From assembly GCF_009914755.1 (NCBI RefSeq), contig NC_060946.1: DNA of 64,000 bases. One strand, written 5' to 3'. Below the pieces are notes generated by a model. That model was not told where the DNA came from. It made no database searches and saw only the letters and a list, made by a program, of their open reading frames with translations. Shown in pieces: positions 1 to 14,565 of this stretch. Numbering within the stretch: the stretch's first letter is position 1; every line of letters starts with the position of its first letter. Source of the stretch: the human T2T-CHM13v2.0 reference genome, Homo sapiens. Made by a program: the position numbers and the translations under genes.

Positions 1-851
1 GTATGATCATAATAGTGAGGGTGGTGATGGTGATGGTGATGATGATGATTGCGATGGTGGTGATGATGGTGATGATGATGATGGTTGTGGTGATGGTGGT
101 GGTGTGATGATGGTGAGGGTAGTGATGGTGATAATGATGGTGATGATGGTGGTGTGATGATGGTGAGGGTAGTGATAGTGATAATGATGGTGATGATGGT
201 GGTGATGCTGATGGTGATGATGATGATAGTGATGGTGATGATGGTGGTGATGATCATCATGATGATGGTTGTGGTGGTGGTGGTGGTGGTGATGTGATGG
301 TGATGATGGTGGTGATGATGATGGTTGTGGTGGTGGTGGTGGTGGTGATGGTGGTGATGATGGTGGTGATGGTGATGATGGTGGTGATGATCGTCATGAT
401 GATGGTTGTGGTGGTGATGTGGTGATGGTGATGTGGTGATGGTGATGATGGTGGTGGTGATGATGGTGGTGATGGTGATGATGATGGTTGTGGTGGTGGT
501 GGTGGTGATGATGATGATGAGGGTGAGGGTGAGGGTGATGATAGTATGGTGATGGTGGTGGTGTGATGATGATATTGAGGGTAGTGATGGTGATAATGAT
601 GGTGATGATGATGGCGATGCTGCTGATGATGGTGATGGTGGTTATGCTGATGGTGATGATGGTGAAGATGGTGATGGTGGTATGGTGATGATGTGATGAT
701 GGTAATGAGGATGATTACGGTGGTGGTGGTAGTGATGGTGGTGATGATGATGGTGGTGGTGGTGGTGTGATCATAATGGTGAGGGTAGTGATGGTGATAA
801 TGATGGTGATGATCATGGTGGGGGTGGTGGTGATGATGATGATGGTGATGG
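1..851 (+). repeat. Degenerate (GAT/GGT)n trinucleotide array, truncated by the window start
   Basis: Continuous gatggt/gatgat/ggtggt units. Confidence 0.97.
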
Positions 852-857
852 CAGGAA

Positions 858-1015
858 ATAATTTCTGAGCAATTACAGTAATCTGGGCCCTAGGCTAAAG
901 GCTCTATAAACCTTATCTCTAATCCTTACTCAGCCCTGTGAGGACTGATTTATTATCCCTATTCTATAGGTGGACAGAATGAGCGGCCACAGGGTGCCCA
1001 GTGCTGGCAGGGTGA
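858..1015 (-). mobile_element. MIR fragment abutting the first GAT/GGT array
   Basis: ttctgagcaattac ... taatccttac ... ccctgtgagg ... tattatccctattctataggtgg matches antisense MIR. Confidence 0.7.
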
Positions 1016-1258
1016 GGTGGGCTTCATACATGGAAGGGCAAGATCACATATGCTTAAAAGTGTGGCTTGATCCTGGAAGGCTCCCTGGAGGAGGTGGGGT
1101 AACCTGAGCTTTGAGGGAAGAGAAGGGTATTCACAGGCAGGGAGGAGTAACGTGGCCTGAGGCTGCACTATCAGGAAGCAGCACAGTCAGCGAGGCTAAG
1201 GAGCCCTTTAGAGGCACAAAGGGCTTGCCTGGGTGGAAGGACTTCAGAGAGAGCTACT

Positions 1259-1520
1259 GCCAGCACAGAGCATCTGGGAAACCCCTGTGGCCCTGGTTGG
1301 TGCCTCATGGTGACCACCTAGTGGCTGGAGGCGGCAGGCAGATTTAGGACCTGGTTTCATCTTGCCATAGCCTCCTCATGGAGCAGAGGGGAAGGTGGGG
1401 AGGTGCAGGGCTGTCTCATCTTCCCTGGCCTCGGCAGGTGCCTGCTGTCATCTCCCTGGACTTCACGATGTACAGGGTCTTGGTGAACCCTCCCTGCAGC
1501 CAGTGAGGTCCCAGACAAGG
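1259..1520 (+). repeat. Dispersed direct repeat, copy 1 (about 260 bp)
   Basis: Aligns with 2251-2514; 1396-1520 is identical to 2390-2514. Confidence 0.95.
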
Positions 1521-2250
1521 ACCTCTGGGCACTTGAGGATGTGATGAGGTCAGTACCAAGGACAAGGAGAGGAGGGGAGGTGGCTGAGTCTGCCTCACCG
1601 GCCACTAGAGCTCAGATCTGGAGAAGTCTGATAGGCCAAAAACCAGGAGGGCTGTCTAGAAGGAGGACCCAGCAAGCTTTCCCCTTGACCCCCCTACCAG
1701 CCAGGTGCACACACACAGCCTGTGCCATGCCAGGGAGTGGGAGAAGCCGAAGGACAGAGAAGGGAACTCGAGCCCAGGAGGTGGGTTCAGGGGCCCTGCG
1801 ACCCTGCTCCAGAAGGGGTTTGGTGAGATCCAGGAGGGCTCCCTGTTGGAGGGGGCATTTGAACTGGGGCCAAAAGAGGCATGAGATTTCCACAGGCAGA
1901 GGAGGCAGAGGGAGACCACATGTCTGAACCTCTGTTATGTGTCAGGCCCTGTGCCAGGCTCTTCTTGGGCCTGTCACTTGACAGCCCTTAACACAAGGGC
2001 TGAACGCCCCCTCTCTCCATCCCGCAAGGGAGGCTGTGAGCTGGTGCTCCTCCTGTTCCTCTCAGGCCCTGTCTGGGGCTGGGAGCAGGTGGTGGAGGTG
2101 AGACCTGGGCTCATTTGTTGGGCAAGTTTCACTCAGTTTCCAACCGGGGTGAGCAGATTGCCTGCGTCTGCTGCTGTGGTGCCACGGAATGGATGCCAAG
2201 CCACTCTGGCCGCTACCCTCCCCTGGGAGGCTGGGTCCCTGCCACCATGC

Positions 2251-2514
2251 CCCAGCAGAGAGTGTCTGGGAAACCCCTGGGCTGCCCTGGTTGGTGCCAC
2301 ATGGTGGCCACCTGGCGGCTGGAGGCTGTGGGCAGATTTAGGACCTGGTCTCATCTTGCCACGGCCTCCTCATGGAGCAGAGGGGAAGATGGGGAGGTGC
2401 AGGGCTGTCTCATCTTCCCTGGCCTCGGCAGGTGCCTGCTGTCATCTCCCTGGACTTCACGATGTACAGGGTCTTGGTGAACCCTCCCTGCAGCCAGTGA
2501 GGTCCCAGACAAGG
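2251..2514 (+). repeat. Dispersed direct repeat, copy 2
   Basis: See copy 1; offset 994 bp. Confidence 0.95.
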
Positions 2515-4610
2515 GCCTTTGGGTACTGGAGGCTGTTCAAATTGGGATACCACCACTTTTCAGCTGTGTGACTTTGGGCAGGTGGCTCAGCCTCTCTGGT
2601 CTTTCTGTGTAGTGGGGAAACGACACCGCCTGCCTTGTTGGGGGGTTGTGAGGTCTGCTTGGGCCCATCCAGGTGAAGGCCTGGCTCAAAGGAAGGCCCT
2701 GGAGAGTGGCTGTGGTCATTTATTATTACCGGGGTGCTCCTTGGGGAGCGAGGAAGAGGATAACTATTTAGTTTTATTCCACAAACCCCAAGGCAGGGCT
2801 AGGCCTGCAATTACCCCATTTTACAGAAGGGCAGGTAGAGGTTCAGGCAGGGATGTGGCTTGTCCAGGGCACCCGCGGGGTGGCCCTTCAGGCTGCCAGT
2901 CCTAGCTCTTCCTGCTCCAGGGCGGAGGCCATTCAGTGGCCTTTTTGAACGTATCCCGTGTGGCAGGCCTCCGTTCTCAGAACAGCCTTTGGGTGCATAT
3001 GGGCCTTTTTGGCCCCCTGAGGAGATTGAGGCCTGGGGATTGAGCTGATATCCTCATGCCCTCAGGAATAAACTTGTTAATTCATTCATCAAGGATGTAC
3101 AGAGTGCCAGGGAGACCCTGGGGACATGGTGTGGACAGACAGACACTGCTGCTGCCTTCATGGGGTTTACGTTCTCGTGGGAGACAGTCAACAACCAATT
3201 CCATCATCAATAAGAGCCATGAAGGAGGGGCCTTGGGTGCTGGGGTCAGGGGAGGCTTCCCATGGGGAAAGCCAGAGGTTGAAGAGATACAGGCAGCTAA
3301 GTGCAGCTGAAAGGGTGTGGCAGGCAGAGGGAACAGCCTGGGCAAAGGCCAGGAGACTTGAGAGGCCTGGGGCATTTTGGGGACCACAGAGCTGAGTGTG
3401 GCTTCCGGGGGCCTGGGTAGATGACAGCAAGAGAGCAGAGACTGGGCAGCCAGATTGTGTTTGGTGCCGCCAGAACCCAGGTCCCTGGGTCCCCGGCCAT
3501 ACCCCCGTCCACCCACCGTGCTGCTGGTAGCCAGGACTTTGCGGGGCGGCCTTCTCCCTTGAGGGTGTCAGGTAGCCTGTCTGAGCCCTGGGCTTCCCAG
3601 TAAGTGGGAAGGTGACATGACGTGATCTAGGGAGCGTGCGACACTACCCTACGAGAGTCTCTTGGTGGAGAGGGACCTTCAGCTGCCGGTATCCCCAGGT
3701 GATGCTAGAAGCTCCACAATTGGAAGTGGCATTAACCAGCCCCTAAAACTGTATTCACGGCTGAAGAACCCGCCGGCCTGGCTGCTGATCCTGCCTGGTG
3801 TCGAGTGGGGTGTGGGGGGGTTGTGCACCCCCTCCCCAGCTGTCTGTTGAGGTTCTGGCTGGGGCCCTCCACTCCCCTGGCGCCGGCCACCCGGGCATAT
3901 GGCAGCTCATTCGGGGGGTGCAGGTGATGGAGCTGCTTGTGATCATTGTGAAGTTCAGATGTTCCAGATTTTCCTTTTCTTCCCCTCTGCCCTCAACATA
4001 TTGGCTACCACGTGGACTGCAGGAGGCATTCCCTCCAGCTTTAGAAGCACAGTTAGACCAGCAGGCAGGGAGCAGGGATGAAACAAACACTAGCAATGAG
4101 TGACCTAATAGCTGCTGCAGCTGGACATGTGGGCAGGGCCGACCAGGCTGAGGGGCAGACGTGTTCACCATGTGGCCTTAGGAGGTAGACGGCAGAGCAG
4201 AGGACAGAGGGAAGTGACAGGAGGCAGTCTCACCAGTGAGGGAAGACTCCCCCATAGGCAGGCGCCCAGGGGAGAGGTGATGTGGCCTTACCAAGCAGTG
4301 AGCTGCCCATCACGAGGGGCATGCAAGCAGGGGGTCTGCTGTGGGTGGGCCTAGTGCCCTTCCAGCCCCTTCCCCTTTACAGGGCCACAGTTCCTCTGCC
4401 TGTGGCTGGAAATTCCCCCTTAAGCAGAGGGATGCATGGACCCATTCCCAGGAGGTCCTCTCTCTGCTAGACTTGGAGGCTAGCCTTGATATTGAGGGCT
4501 TTACATAGCAAGCTAGAAAGGGGAAGCAAAAAGCAAACACATGGTTATAGCAACTGGCTTTTCTTCTGTTACCACTAAGAGATACTCTGCTTGGGAGAAT
4601 GGTAGGTCAG

Positions 4611-4853
<243 letters not shown>

Positions 4854-5099
4854 CAGTGGGTTAGATCGTAATGGTTTTGACTTCCTTGTTTGTTGAGCCA
4901 CACACTCTGAGGCCCGCTGTGGTTTGTCACGTGCCTGGCTCTGTGCAGGGCTCGGGAGACCCTGAAATGGATCAAGCCTGCCTCCCAGGAGCTCAGGTTT
5001 GACAAGGGCCTATAACTATTGGGGGCAGGGGCCTGTGACTGTTGGCATCCTCTGCTTACCCAGCCTTTGCACAAGCCAGACCCCCTGCTCAGTGCTTGC

Positions 5100-6140
<1,041 letters not shown>

Positions 6141-9100
6141 TGATTTATCTTCTCTTTATCCTACTAGGGCGTCTGAGGCTTCATAGGGGCAGGGACCCAG
6201 ATCTCTCTTTCTCATAGACCTAACTCCAGTGCCCAGTACAGAGTCTGGTTCCTCATAATAAGTATTTGTTGGATGAATGAATGAGTGGATGAGTGACCAA
6301 ATGGATGGATGGCAAGCTGTGGGGACTCAGTTAAAATCCAGGCCAGGTTTATTCTCCTGCGATTGAACCTTTCTGGGGTTCCTCCCAGGCCTGTCACCAG
6401 CTCCCTCCCCTCTGTTTCCTTCTTCCTCTTCCGTGCTGCTCTCTCTAAAGCAAGGCCTAACTGTGCCCCCTGCTGGCTTGCCATGTCGCCCCCTTGATAC
6501 CATCCCCTTCACCCTCAAGCTGAAGGCCAGATGCCCCCTCCTGTGTCCCCTGGATCTTGGGCCCTGCCCTCCCCAGCAAGGGTTCCATCACAGCATCATC
6601 ACTAATGGGGGCAGGGCCATAACCACCGCTGTGCCCTGCACTTACCAAGCCTTTCAGTCTGTTCAGGCAAGAAGGGATGAAAGTCTCATTAGGGTGGCGT
6701 GTTTGTGCTGCCCCCTCCCAGGGCGCCGTGACGTTCCAGGGCTCAGGGAGGCCGTTTGTGGACCCTCAGGTGCAGCCGGTGTTGGGCCTTCGCTGAGAGC
6801 AGCTTAGCGGAAGGGGGCGGGAACCAACTGCAGGAGAAGAGGAAGAACTCAGCTGGTACAAAATCCCAAGTGTTAAAAAAAATCCCGTATACATACCGTA
6901 TTCATTTATGGGTTTTGGATGCATTTTTTGTTCTCATTTAACTGAAAACGGCCTTGATTTAAAAAAAAGAGTGAGGGAGAGAGTGAAATTGGCACGCAGC
7001 GAGTCCATCTGGTCTAATTACTTCTGGTATTTTGAAAGAAGGGATCCAAACCTGCTGAGACATTAAACTTTGAGAAGTGGCTGCCGGGCCCGTTGCTGGG
7101 CGTCTGCGCTCGGATCCTGATTCTCGGCTCAGGGGTTTCACTGTCTCCCGGCAGGGCTGGACCTCAAGGCCAGGCAGTGGTGCCAGGATGCCCTTCACCT
7201 CTCTGTGGGAGGCAGTGGCCTCAGGGGTCAGCCCTCTTCAAACAGCCAGGGCTGCTCCAGACCATTCTGGAATACACATCCTGGTACGTGGCTCCCAGCT
7301 GTTTAACCTTGGGTCAGAATCTTGGCTTTCTGTGAAATGCCAAGAGGGATAGTCCCCTTGCAGAACTGCCCTTGGGATTGAAGGAGGTCCTGTGTGCACA
7401 CTGCTTGGCACATGGTGGGCATTCATACACCTGCTGCTCGACGTTTATGACCGCCCAGGCTAGGGCACGGAAGCAATATGGGTGGTTTCTCTACCGCCCA
7501 CAGCCATGGGACAGAGCTGCAGCCAGGTGGCTCTGGGATGAGGCTGGGGTGGGTCGTGGCACCGGCCTTTGACGTCCGTTCCTTCCCTTCCCTTTTTGCG
7601 CTTAGCAGGCCTGCCAGTTGGATGGGGCCAGAACGGAGCAGCCTGGAACTTGAAATCTGTACCCTGAAAGAGCTCAGGGCCAGGGGTTGATGTGATTGCA
7701 GTGACAGTCCCTGTCTTATGCTGGCCCAGAGGCCCTGTCCTCTGAAACAGTCAGGGAGGCCTAGACTCTTGTCCACATTTTATGGCTGAGAGGTCTGAGA
7801 CCCCAGCAGGGAAGTGTCTTGTGTGAGGTCCTGTGGGAACTGAACAAGCTGGGCCTGCATGGCAGGGAGGATGGAGGCCCCACCTGGTGTGCACAGTGAG
7901 CTGCCAGAATGCTTCTTTCTAACTTGATAAATATATATTTTAGAGAAAAAACGAGACAGGTTAATCTCCTGGCCCCATAGCTTCCACCTTGCCTCCCACC
8001 AGAACGGGGCCGAGTCCTGGGAGTGGAGGGCAGGGTGGCGGGATGCCTGGCCGGCCCCGAGGCAGCCCCCACTCCCCCAGCTGTCACTGCAGATGGGTGA
8101 CAGTGATGAGGCTGGTTCTCCCGTCTCCACCCTGCCCCATGGCGTGCTCCACCCAGGATTCAAGGCGGCCGGTGATGCCACCCTTCCCAGGAAGCCCCCC
8201 AGGTGTCGGTTTGGACTGCCAGCTTCTCTGCAGCATGCCACGCCCTCGGTGCCTCCTCCTGTCTCTGCGTGAGACACAGGCGGGCCCGGCACTCAGTGCC
8301 AAGTTTCTGACCTGGAGTCCTTTGCCCTTTCTCTTAAGAACCCTTTTAAATCTTTTATAAAACATTTATGTTTTAGTCTCCAATAATTCCCTCTGAGGTG
8401 TTAGGGGTGTTGTCATTTTAGATGGCAGGCTCTTGGCCAGCAAGGTACAATCTGGGGGAGTCCTGGGCAGGCTGGATTGGGGTGTGGCTGGCTTAGGGGG
8501 TGTAGCCCAGTTTGAGGGTGCTCCCTGGGGGGCATTGTGTCTGCCTCAGTCTGTGGGCACACCCAGCAGGGGCCACTTTACGTGAGTTTCTTGGCTTGGG
8601 GCATCCTGGACCACACAGGTCTGCTGGCCTGAGAACAGCCCTGGGGATCCAGCTCCTGCTGCCCGTGGCCAGTGGGGGCCTTTTCTGTTCTGCTGTTTTC
8701 CTGAAGCCCTCTGGGGCCCAGTGTACCAAGGATGGAGGGCGAGTCCAACTCCCCTCTTAAGTGGCCGAGGCCTCCCTTCTTGCGGCCTCACGGCCATTAG
8801 GACTATGTCGCCTGGTTGCAGGGGCCAGCAGTCCCCGTTCACCTGGTGCAGTGCTGCTTGCATGTTGCCTTGTATTTCTGGATGATTCCAGCACAAGGCT
8901 GGCCTTTCCCAGTTTGTTTGGGCAGGTGAGGCAAAGACTTTCCCCGCTGCTTCATACTCGAGACCCGCATTCGGCCGACTGCCCCGTGTATTGTCCCATG
9001 TAGTCTGCCTAGCAACAGGCAAGGCAGGATGATCTCCATTCCCATCTTACAGATGGGTCAGGTAAGGCTTGAGTAGGTCTAGCATCTGGCTCAAGATCTC

Positions 9101-9752
9101 AGCCCTAGGAAGAGGCAGCCCCGGGTCTGGCTCAGGCGTGTAGACTTGGGCAGCTCCTGGCCTTGGCCGTCCAGTGGGCAGCTTGTTCTGGCAGCTGTTG
9201 CCTGGCTTCCCCTGGGCCCAGCCTCTGGCAGTCCCTGCTGAGCTTTGGGCTTCTGGATCCCTGTCCCCTTCTGTGACGGATTCGTCCTGAGCACTGGGTC
9301 CTGCATCTGTAGAGAGGATTCTCCCTCTCCCCTCACAGGGCCCTGGATGGTGAAACAGGGTGAGGCACGCAGAGCCATGCGGCTGGGGTATTGTGGAGAC
9401 CTGCATGGTGTTTCCCTTTCATCCCCTGCCTTGAGCCCAGATCAAGTCAGGAATTGCCCCACCTGCTTAGGGGTGGCTGTAGAGCCTGTCATCTAGGGCA
9501 GGTGTGAGCCCCGCCTGAGCCTCTCAGGGAAACGGCTGCTTGAGGGGCTTGGGAGCCAGCTGGTACGTGCCATGGATGAGGGGGCCCAAGGCAGCCAGCA
9601 GTGTCCACCCAGAGTGATCCCACAGCCACCCACCTCCGTCTCCTTCCCGTACTGGCTTCTTAGAATTCTGAGCCCAACGTGCAGCATCAGTTACATTCTG
9701 ATGGAGGCAAAGAAATTCTTCAGTCTCTGGTAGCTTGCTGTGCTGCTTCTAC

Positions 9753-10308
9753 AAACGCACAGACACACACTCACACACACACATATTCACATACACACAC
9801 ATTCATGTACATGCACAGACATTCCCATACCATACACACTCACATGCACGTTCACACATGTACACACAATATCATGTACACACAGAAACATTCACATATG
9901 ACATTCACATATACACACATAATTCACACGCACACATACCTATACACCTACACACACATTCATACTCATATACACTTCCACACACTCATACACACATGCA
10001 TTCACACACACATCCACACGCTCAAACACATGCATTCACACATCCACAACCACACACATATTCATAGACACATACACATGAACACACACATTCACACACA
10101 CACATTCATACACGTATGAATTCACCCATACATGTATATTCACATATGTACATTCACACATATTCATACACACATTCACACACACTAATACACAGTCACA
10201 AGTACACACATACACACTCACACAGTCACACACATACACATGGATGCACACGTCATACACATTCACACACACACATTCACACTCACACACAGAGTCACAC
10301 ACAGACAC
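9753..10308 (+). repeat. Degenerate (CA/TA)n array, about 550 bp
   Basis: cacacata/cattcaca units. Confidence 0.96.
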
Positions 10309-13199
10309 CGCCACGATTTCTCTTCTGCCCCCTTCCTATCTTCATCTTCCGTTCACCTGTCCAGATAAAATTGATTTCACGTGGCTGTTTTCCTTTCTAG
10401 AAGGCCCCTCAACACACGTGTGCACACTACTCCACATGAGATTAATGTTTGAAATGAATCATCTGCCTCCTTCCTGCCGCAAAGTCCCAGCGAAACAAAA
10501 GATGGATGATTCTGTGCATGGGAAGGGTGGGAAAATTAATTAGGAATGACAAAGGACCCTGTTCTTCGGTTCCACTTATCTTGCTGCTGACTTGCCGTAC
10601 GCAGTTGTGTGCCCCGGCCAGGTGTGTGATTGACGGGCTTTGGGGACGCGTTGCCAGCTCCGCACTGCCCTGTCCCCTCTCGGGCAGCCATCGGGCCCCA
10701 AGGGCAGTGGAGCTGGACCCCTGCTGTCCATCTCCCCCAGCCTTTGCCTGGGCCCACCGGGCTAGGAGATGCAGAGGGAGGGGTCAGGGCAAACCCCTCT
10801 CACCAGGACTGGGCAGAGGACAGAGGAAGTTCGGACAGTGGGACATCCCCAGGAGACAGACACCAGCTGTGGTGTGAAGAGTCAACACACCGGTCTGGTC
10901 TCCATGCAGGCCATGCCCTCACTTGGGAACCAGGCACGTCTCTGACATCTCTGAGCCTCAGTTTCCCCTGTTGCAGAATGGGAATACAGCCTCACTGGGG
11001 TGCTGGCAGTGTCTGGGGAAGGACTCGGGGCCAATGACAGATGTCATCTTCACCAGAGACACTCTTAATATTGGCTGTGGCCATGGCTGGCTCCCTGGAA
11101 AGCCCGGCCTCTTTGGGGAGGGGAGGTATTGGGGTGGGAAGAACAAACGGGTGGGGATCAGGACAGAGAGTGCTTGGCCTTGGGGGAAGGAGATTGGACC
11201 TGGACCTGGACAGGCTCCTCTGAAAGCTCAGGGGCCACTGCAGCAGCCACATGGCTGGAAAATGTCACACCCCTGCTTGGAGCTGCAGCTCCTGTAGAGT
11301 AGAGACAGCAAAGCTATCCTCAGAGGATTGTCAAGAGGAGGAAGTATAGGAATACCTGGCTGCTGGCAGGTCCTGTAAAAGGCCCTTCTTCCTCCACAGG
11401 ACCTTCATGGTGGTGGCCACCCCAGCAGGCAGCAGAGTTGCCAGCACTCAGCCTGCACCCTGGGAAATGGGGGCCCTGGGGAGGCTGGGAGGGGCCCCCA
11501 GGGGAGGTGAGCCTTCCTGGGGGTCCAGATGCAGCAGAGGGGTGTGAGCATCCTGGATCTGGGTTTACCTCTGAGGCTTCATCTGTAAAATGGACACGTA
11601 AGTCTCCAGTGCAGGTTCATGGGAGAGGGAGAGAGAATGGGACACTCAGAAGATGGCAGAGGTCTCAGAGAGTTCTCGTGACTGTTTTCATCGCTGATAT
11701 GGGTCTTGGGGCTTCCTGACTGTCAGGGACTCTGAGGTGGGGCTCCTGGCAGGATGGTGCAGAGTGAAGAGGGCTAGTGTGTAGTTCCTCCCACCTTCCT
11801 GTCGGGTAGAGCACCTGCTTGTTCATTTCATTCTTCGTTCATTCATTCATGGCCGTCTTGAGCAACCCCTCCCTGAAGCCGGCCTGGGCAGGAGGGGTTC
11901 AGGGATGGACCTCAGTCAGGGTGGAGAGGGGACACCTGTGCTGGGGGAGGCAGGTGATCAAGAGAAACTGCTGGAAGAGGTGGCCTTTGAGCCGGTCCTT
12001 AATAAAATACGGGTCGTGGATGATGGGAGAGGCTACGAAGGGCATTTCAGATTTCTGAACTAGCACAAGCAAAACCTGGAGGTACAGAAAGGCCAGACTG
12101 TGTTTAGGAAGCTGGAAGTGGATGGTTAAGGTTGACATGGGTGGTGAGCTCCGTGGGGATCCTGAACAGAATGACCTGGAAGGTGGGCAGGGCAGATCCT
12201 AAAGCCCCGTGTGCCACGCCGAGGGCTGGGCTTGTCCTGGAAGCAGCAGGGAGCCATGGGAGGCGCTGGAGTGGAGGAATGACATGCAGTAAATGTGTGG
12301 GTGGGGTCCTAGGAGCCAGGGGTGCAGGCCTCTTCCCCTCTGTCCAGTCGGGGTTAAGAGGGGAACTGGCAAGGGTCAGGGAGCTCAGAGGAGCAGGCAG
12401 GAAGTCATCTTGGGAGAGGGAGAGCCTGTGGCCTGGCACCCCAGGAATTGTCTGTGTGTCAGCTGCCAGCTTGGGCACAGGACGCAGGAGCTCTGAGCCC
12501 TGGCCCATGCCCTCGGACACACTGCTTGACTTCTCTGTGCTTCCGTTTCCTTGTCTCTGAAACGGGCGGGCCTCCCAACTGTTTTGCCCTGAGGATGAAC
12601 TGAGCTACTAGACATGACAGCGACTGCTTAAGGGGATTTGCTGTGGGCAGGGCGGTGGGGCGGGTGGCGCGAGGCTGATTCCTGGTCACATTTTCATCAC
12701 TCTGGGATGGACACATAGAGTATAGGCCCTGGAACTTGCATTCCGGGTTTGAGCCCTGGCTGTGTCACGTGGGTACCTCTCTCCATCTCAGTTTCTGCAT
12801 CTGTAGAGTGGAGGCCATGGTGGCAGCTGCCTCTCTTGGGGGGGTGTGAGGATTGAGTCTGGCTGTTCCTGGAGAGGCCGTGGGCACTGCATCTGTGTGG
12901 GTGTCTGCTCTGTGTCCCATTGAGGGCGGCCCCTACGCCGCCCTCAGCCTCATGCCCCGGCCCGGGTGTGCCTGTGTGCTCAGCACTTCCCAGGGCCCCC
13001 CAAGGCCCCAGCACTCCAGGAAATGGGGCGCAGCCAGGGATGGCTGTACTCCAGGGTGCTACAGTGACTCCTGGGGACACGACCTACCCAGCAGCTGTGT
13101 ACCCTACCTGGGGAGGCAGAGAACCCGAGCAGGGTAGGCTCGGCTTCTGCCATTTCCTATAGACGAGTGTCTCCCCGCTTCCCTGTTTGCGGCTGAGGA

Positions 13200-13530
13200 A
13201 CCTGGAATTCACGCTTCAGCAGGAGACTGTTTAACGATTGGCCACGAGGAGGTCATTTATATTGGCTAAGCAGGCTTAATTAGACGGGACTCGAAGGTTA
13301 CCATAAGAGCACAAAAAAGCTGTTAAGGGGTTAACCTCTGAGAGATTACATTGTATTCAGCGCTCTGTTAAAGTTTGAATTAATTTTTCCCATGGGTTTG
13401 TTCACATTCTAATTTTCAACTAAATGAGACATCTGTTTCAGAAAAGGAAAATTTGCTCTGGTTGTCATGGCAACTATCATTCTGTAAGAAAATTATTCCA
13501 ATGGTTACTTTAGAACAGAAAGACAGAAAT
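13200..13530. promoter_or_regulatory. Candidate intronic enhancer (RFX X-box, CCAAT/NFI and homeodomain motifs)
   Basis: GTTGTCATGGCAAC at 13461-13474; ATTGG at 13237 and 13261; TTAATTAG at 13276-13283; non-repetitive AT-rich island. Confidence 0.5.
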
Positions 13531-14270
13531 TCAGGACATAAAGCCGCCTTCCATGGCTTAGCGGGAATTCGCATCCGTCCGCCCTCCTCAGGCGCTGTGG
13601 TGTGCCCCGCACAGTGGGGCTGGCACTGGGGATCCTGGACCCTCAGGGTGGTGAGGTTGGGTCCAGGCACTGGGTTGTGTTGGCAACAAGTACAGTGGCT
13701 CTTGGGGCACCTCAGCATCGTATCTCAGGCATTCGTGAGTCTCAGACCATGTTGGCAGTGTGGGCAGTGAGGGGTGGGCTTGATCAGGGCTGACTGGGCC
13801 CCTGGAGCCCTTGTCTGCCCTAACCTCTGAAACACCAGGGGCCACGTGGACTTCGGGCCTGCCGGTCACGGTCGTTGATCCCACCTGCCAGGTCTGCCAG
13901 GTCTCACTGGACATGGAGAGGGTCATTTCATCCCCACACACAGCATGTGGGGAGGACCTCTTCGCACTTCGCCTCCAGGAGGGGCTGCTTCTTTTGTCTC
14001 CTCTGCCCAGGGCAGAGCCTGATGGTGGTTTCCATGAATGTTGTACAGGAGGCCGGGGGCTGTCCAGGCCTCATGTGTGGCTCAGAGGCCTCTAGGAGTG
14101 AGATCACCCCAAGGGGTCTACTCAGTCGTGCCCACCCACCTGCTCCTGCCTGCCTTTAAGAAGTCCCCCTTTCCCAGCCTGGGGATGGTGCTCCCCAGCG
14201 AGCAGTCTGTCCTGGGAAGTGTCTCTTCTGGATGTCTTGTGCATGACTTGACTCCTCCTGTCCCCCGACA

Positions 14271-14565
14271 TTTTTTTTTTTTTGAGATGGAGTCTCGCTC
14301 TGTCGCCCAGGCTGGAGTGCAGTGGCATGATCTCAGCTCACTGCAACCTCTGCCTCCTGGGTTCAAGTGATTTTCCTGCCTCAGCCTCCTGAGTAGCTGG
14401 GATTACAAGCATGTGCCACTATGCCCAGCTAATTTTTGTATTTTTAGTAGAGACGGGTTTTCACCACACTGGCCAGGCTGGTGTCGAACTCCTGACCTGA
14501 GGTGATCCACCCACCTCGGCCTTCCAAAGTGCTGAGATTATAGGCGTGAGCCGCTGCACCCGGCC
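14271..14565 (-). mobile_element. AluS, full length, with TSD
   Basis: Dimeric Alu; flanks cctgtcccccgaca / cctgtccaccaaca. Confidence 0.95.

Noticed and set aside
9679-10543. His/Thr-rich ORFs
   Set aside because: Translation of the (CA)n tract.
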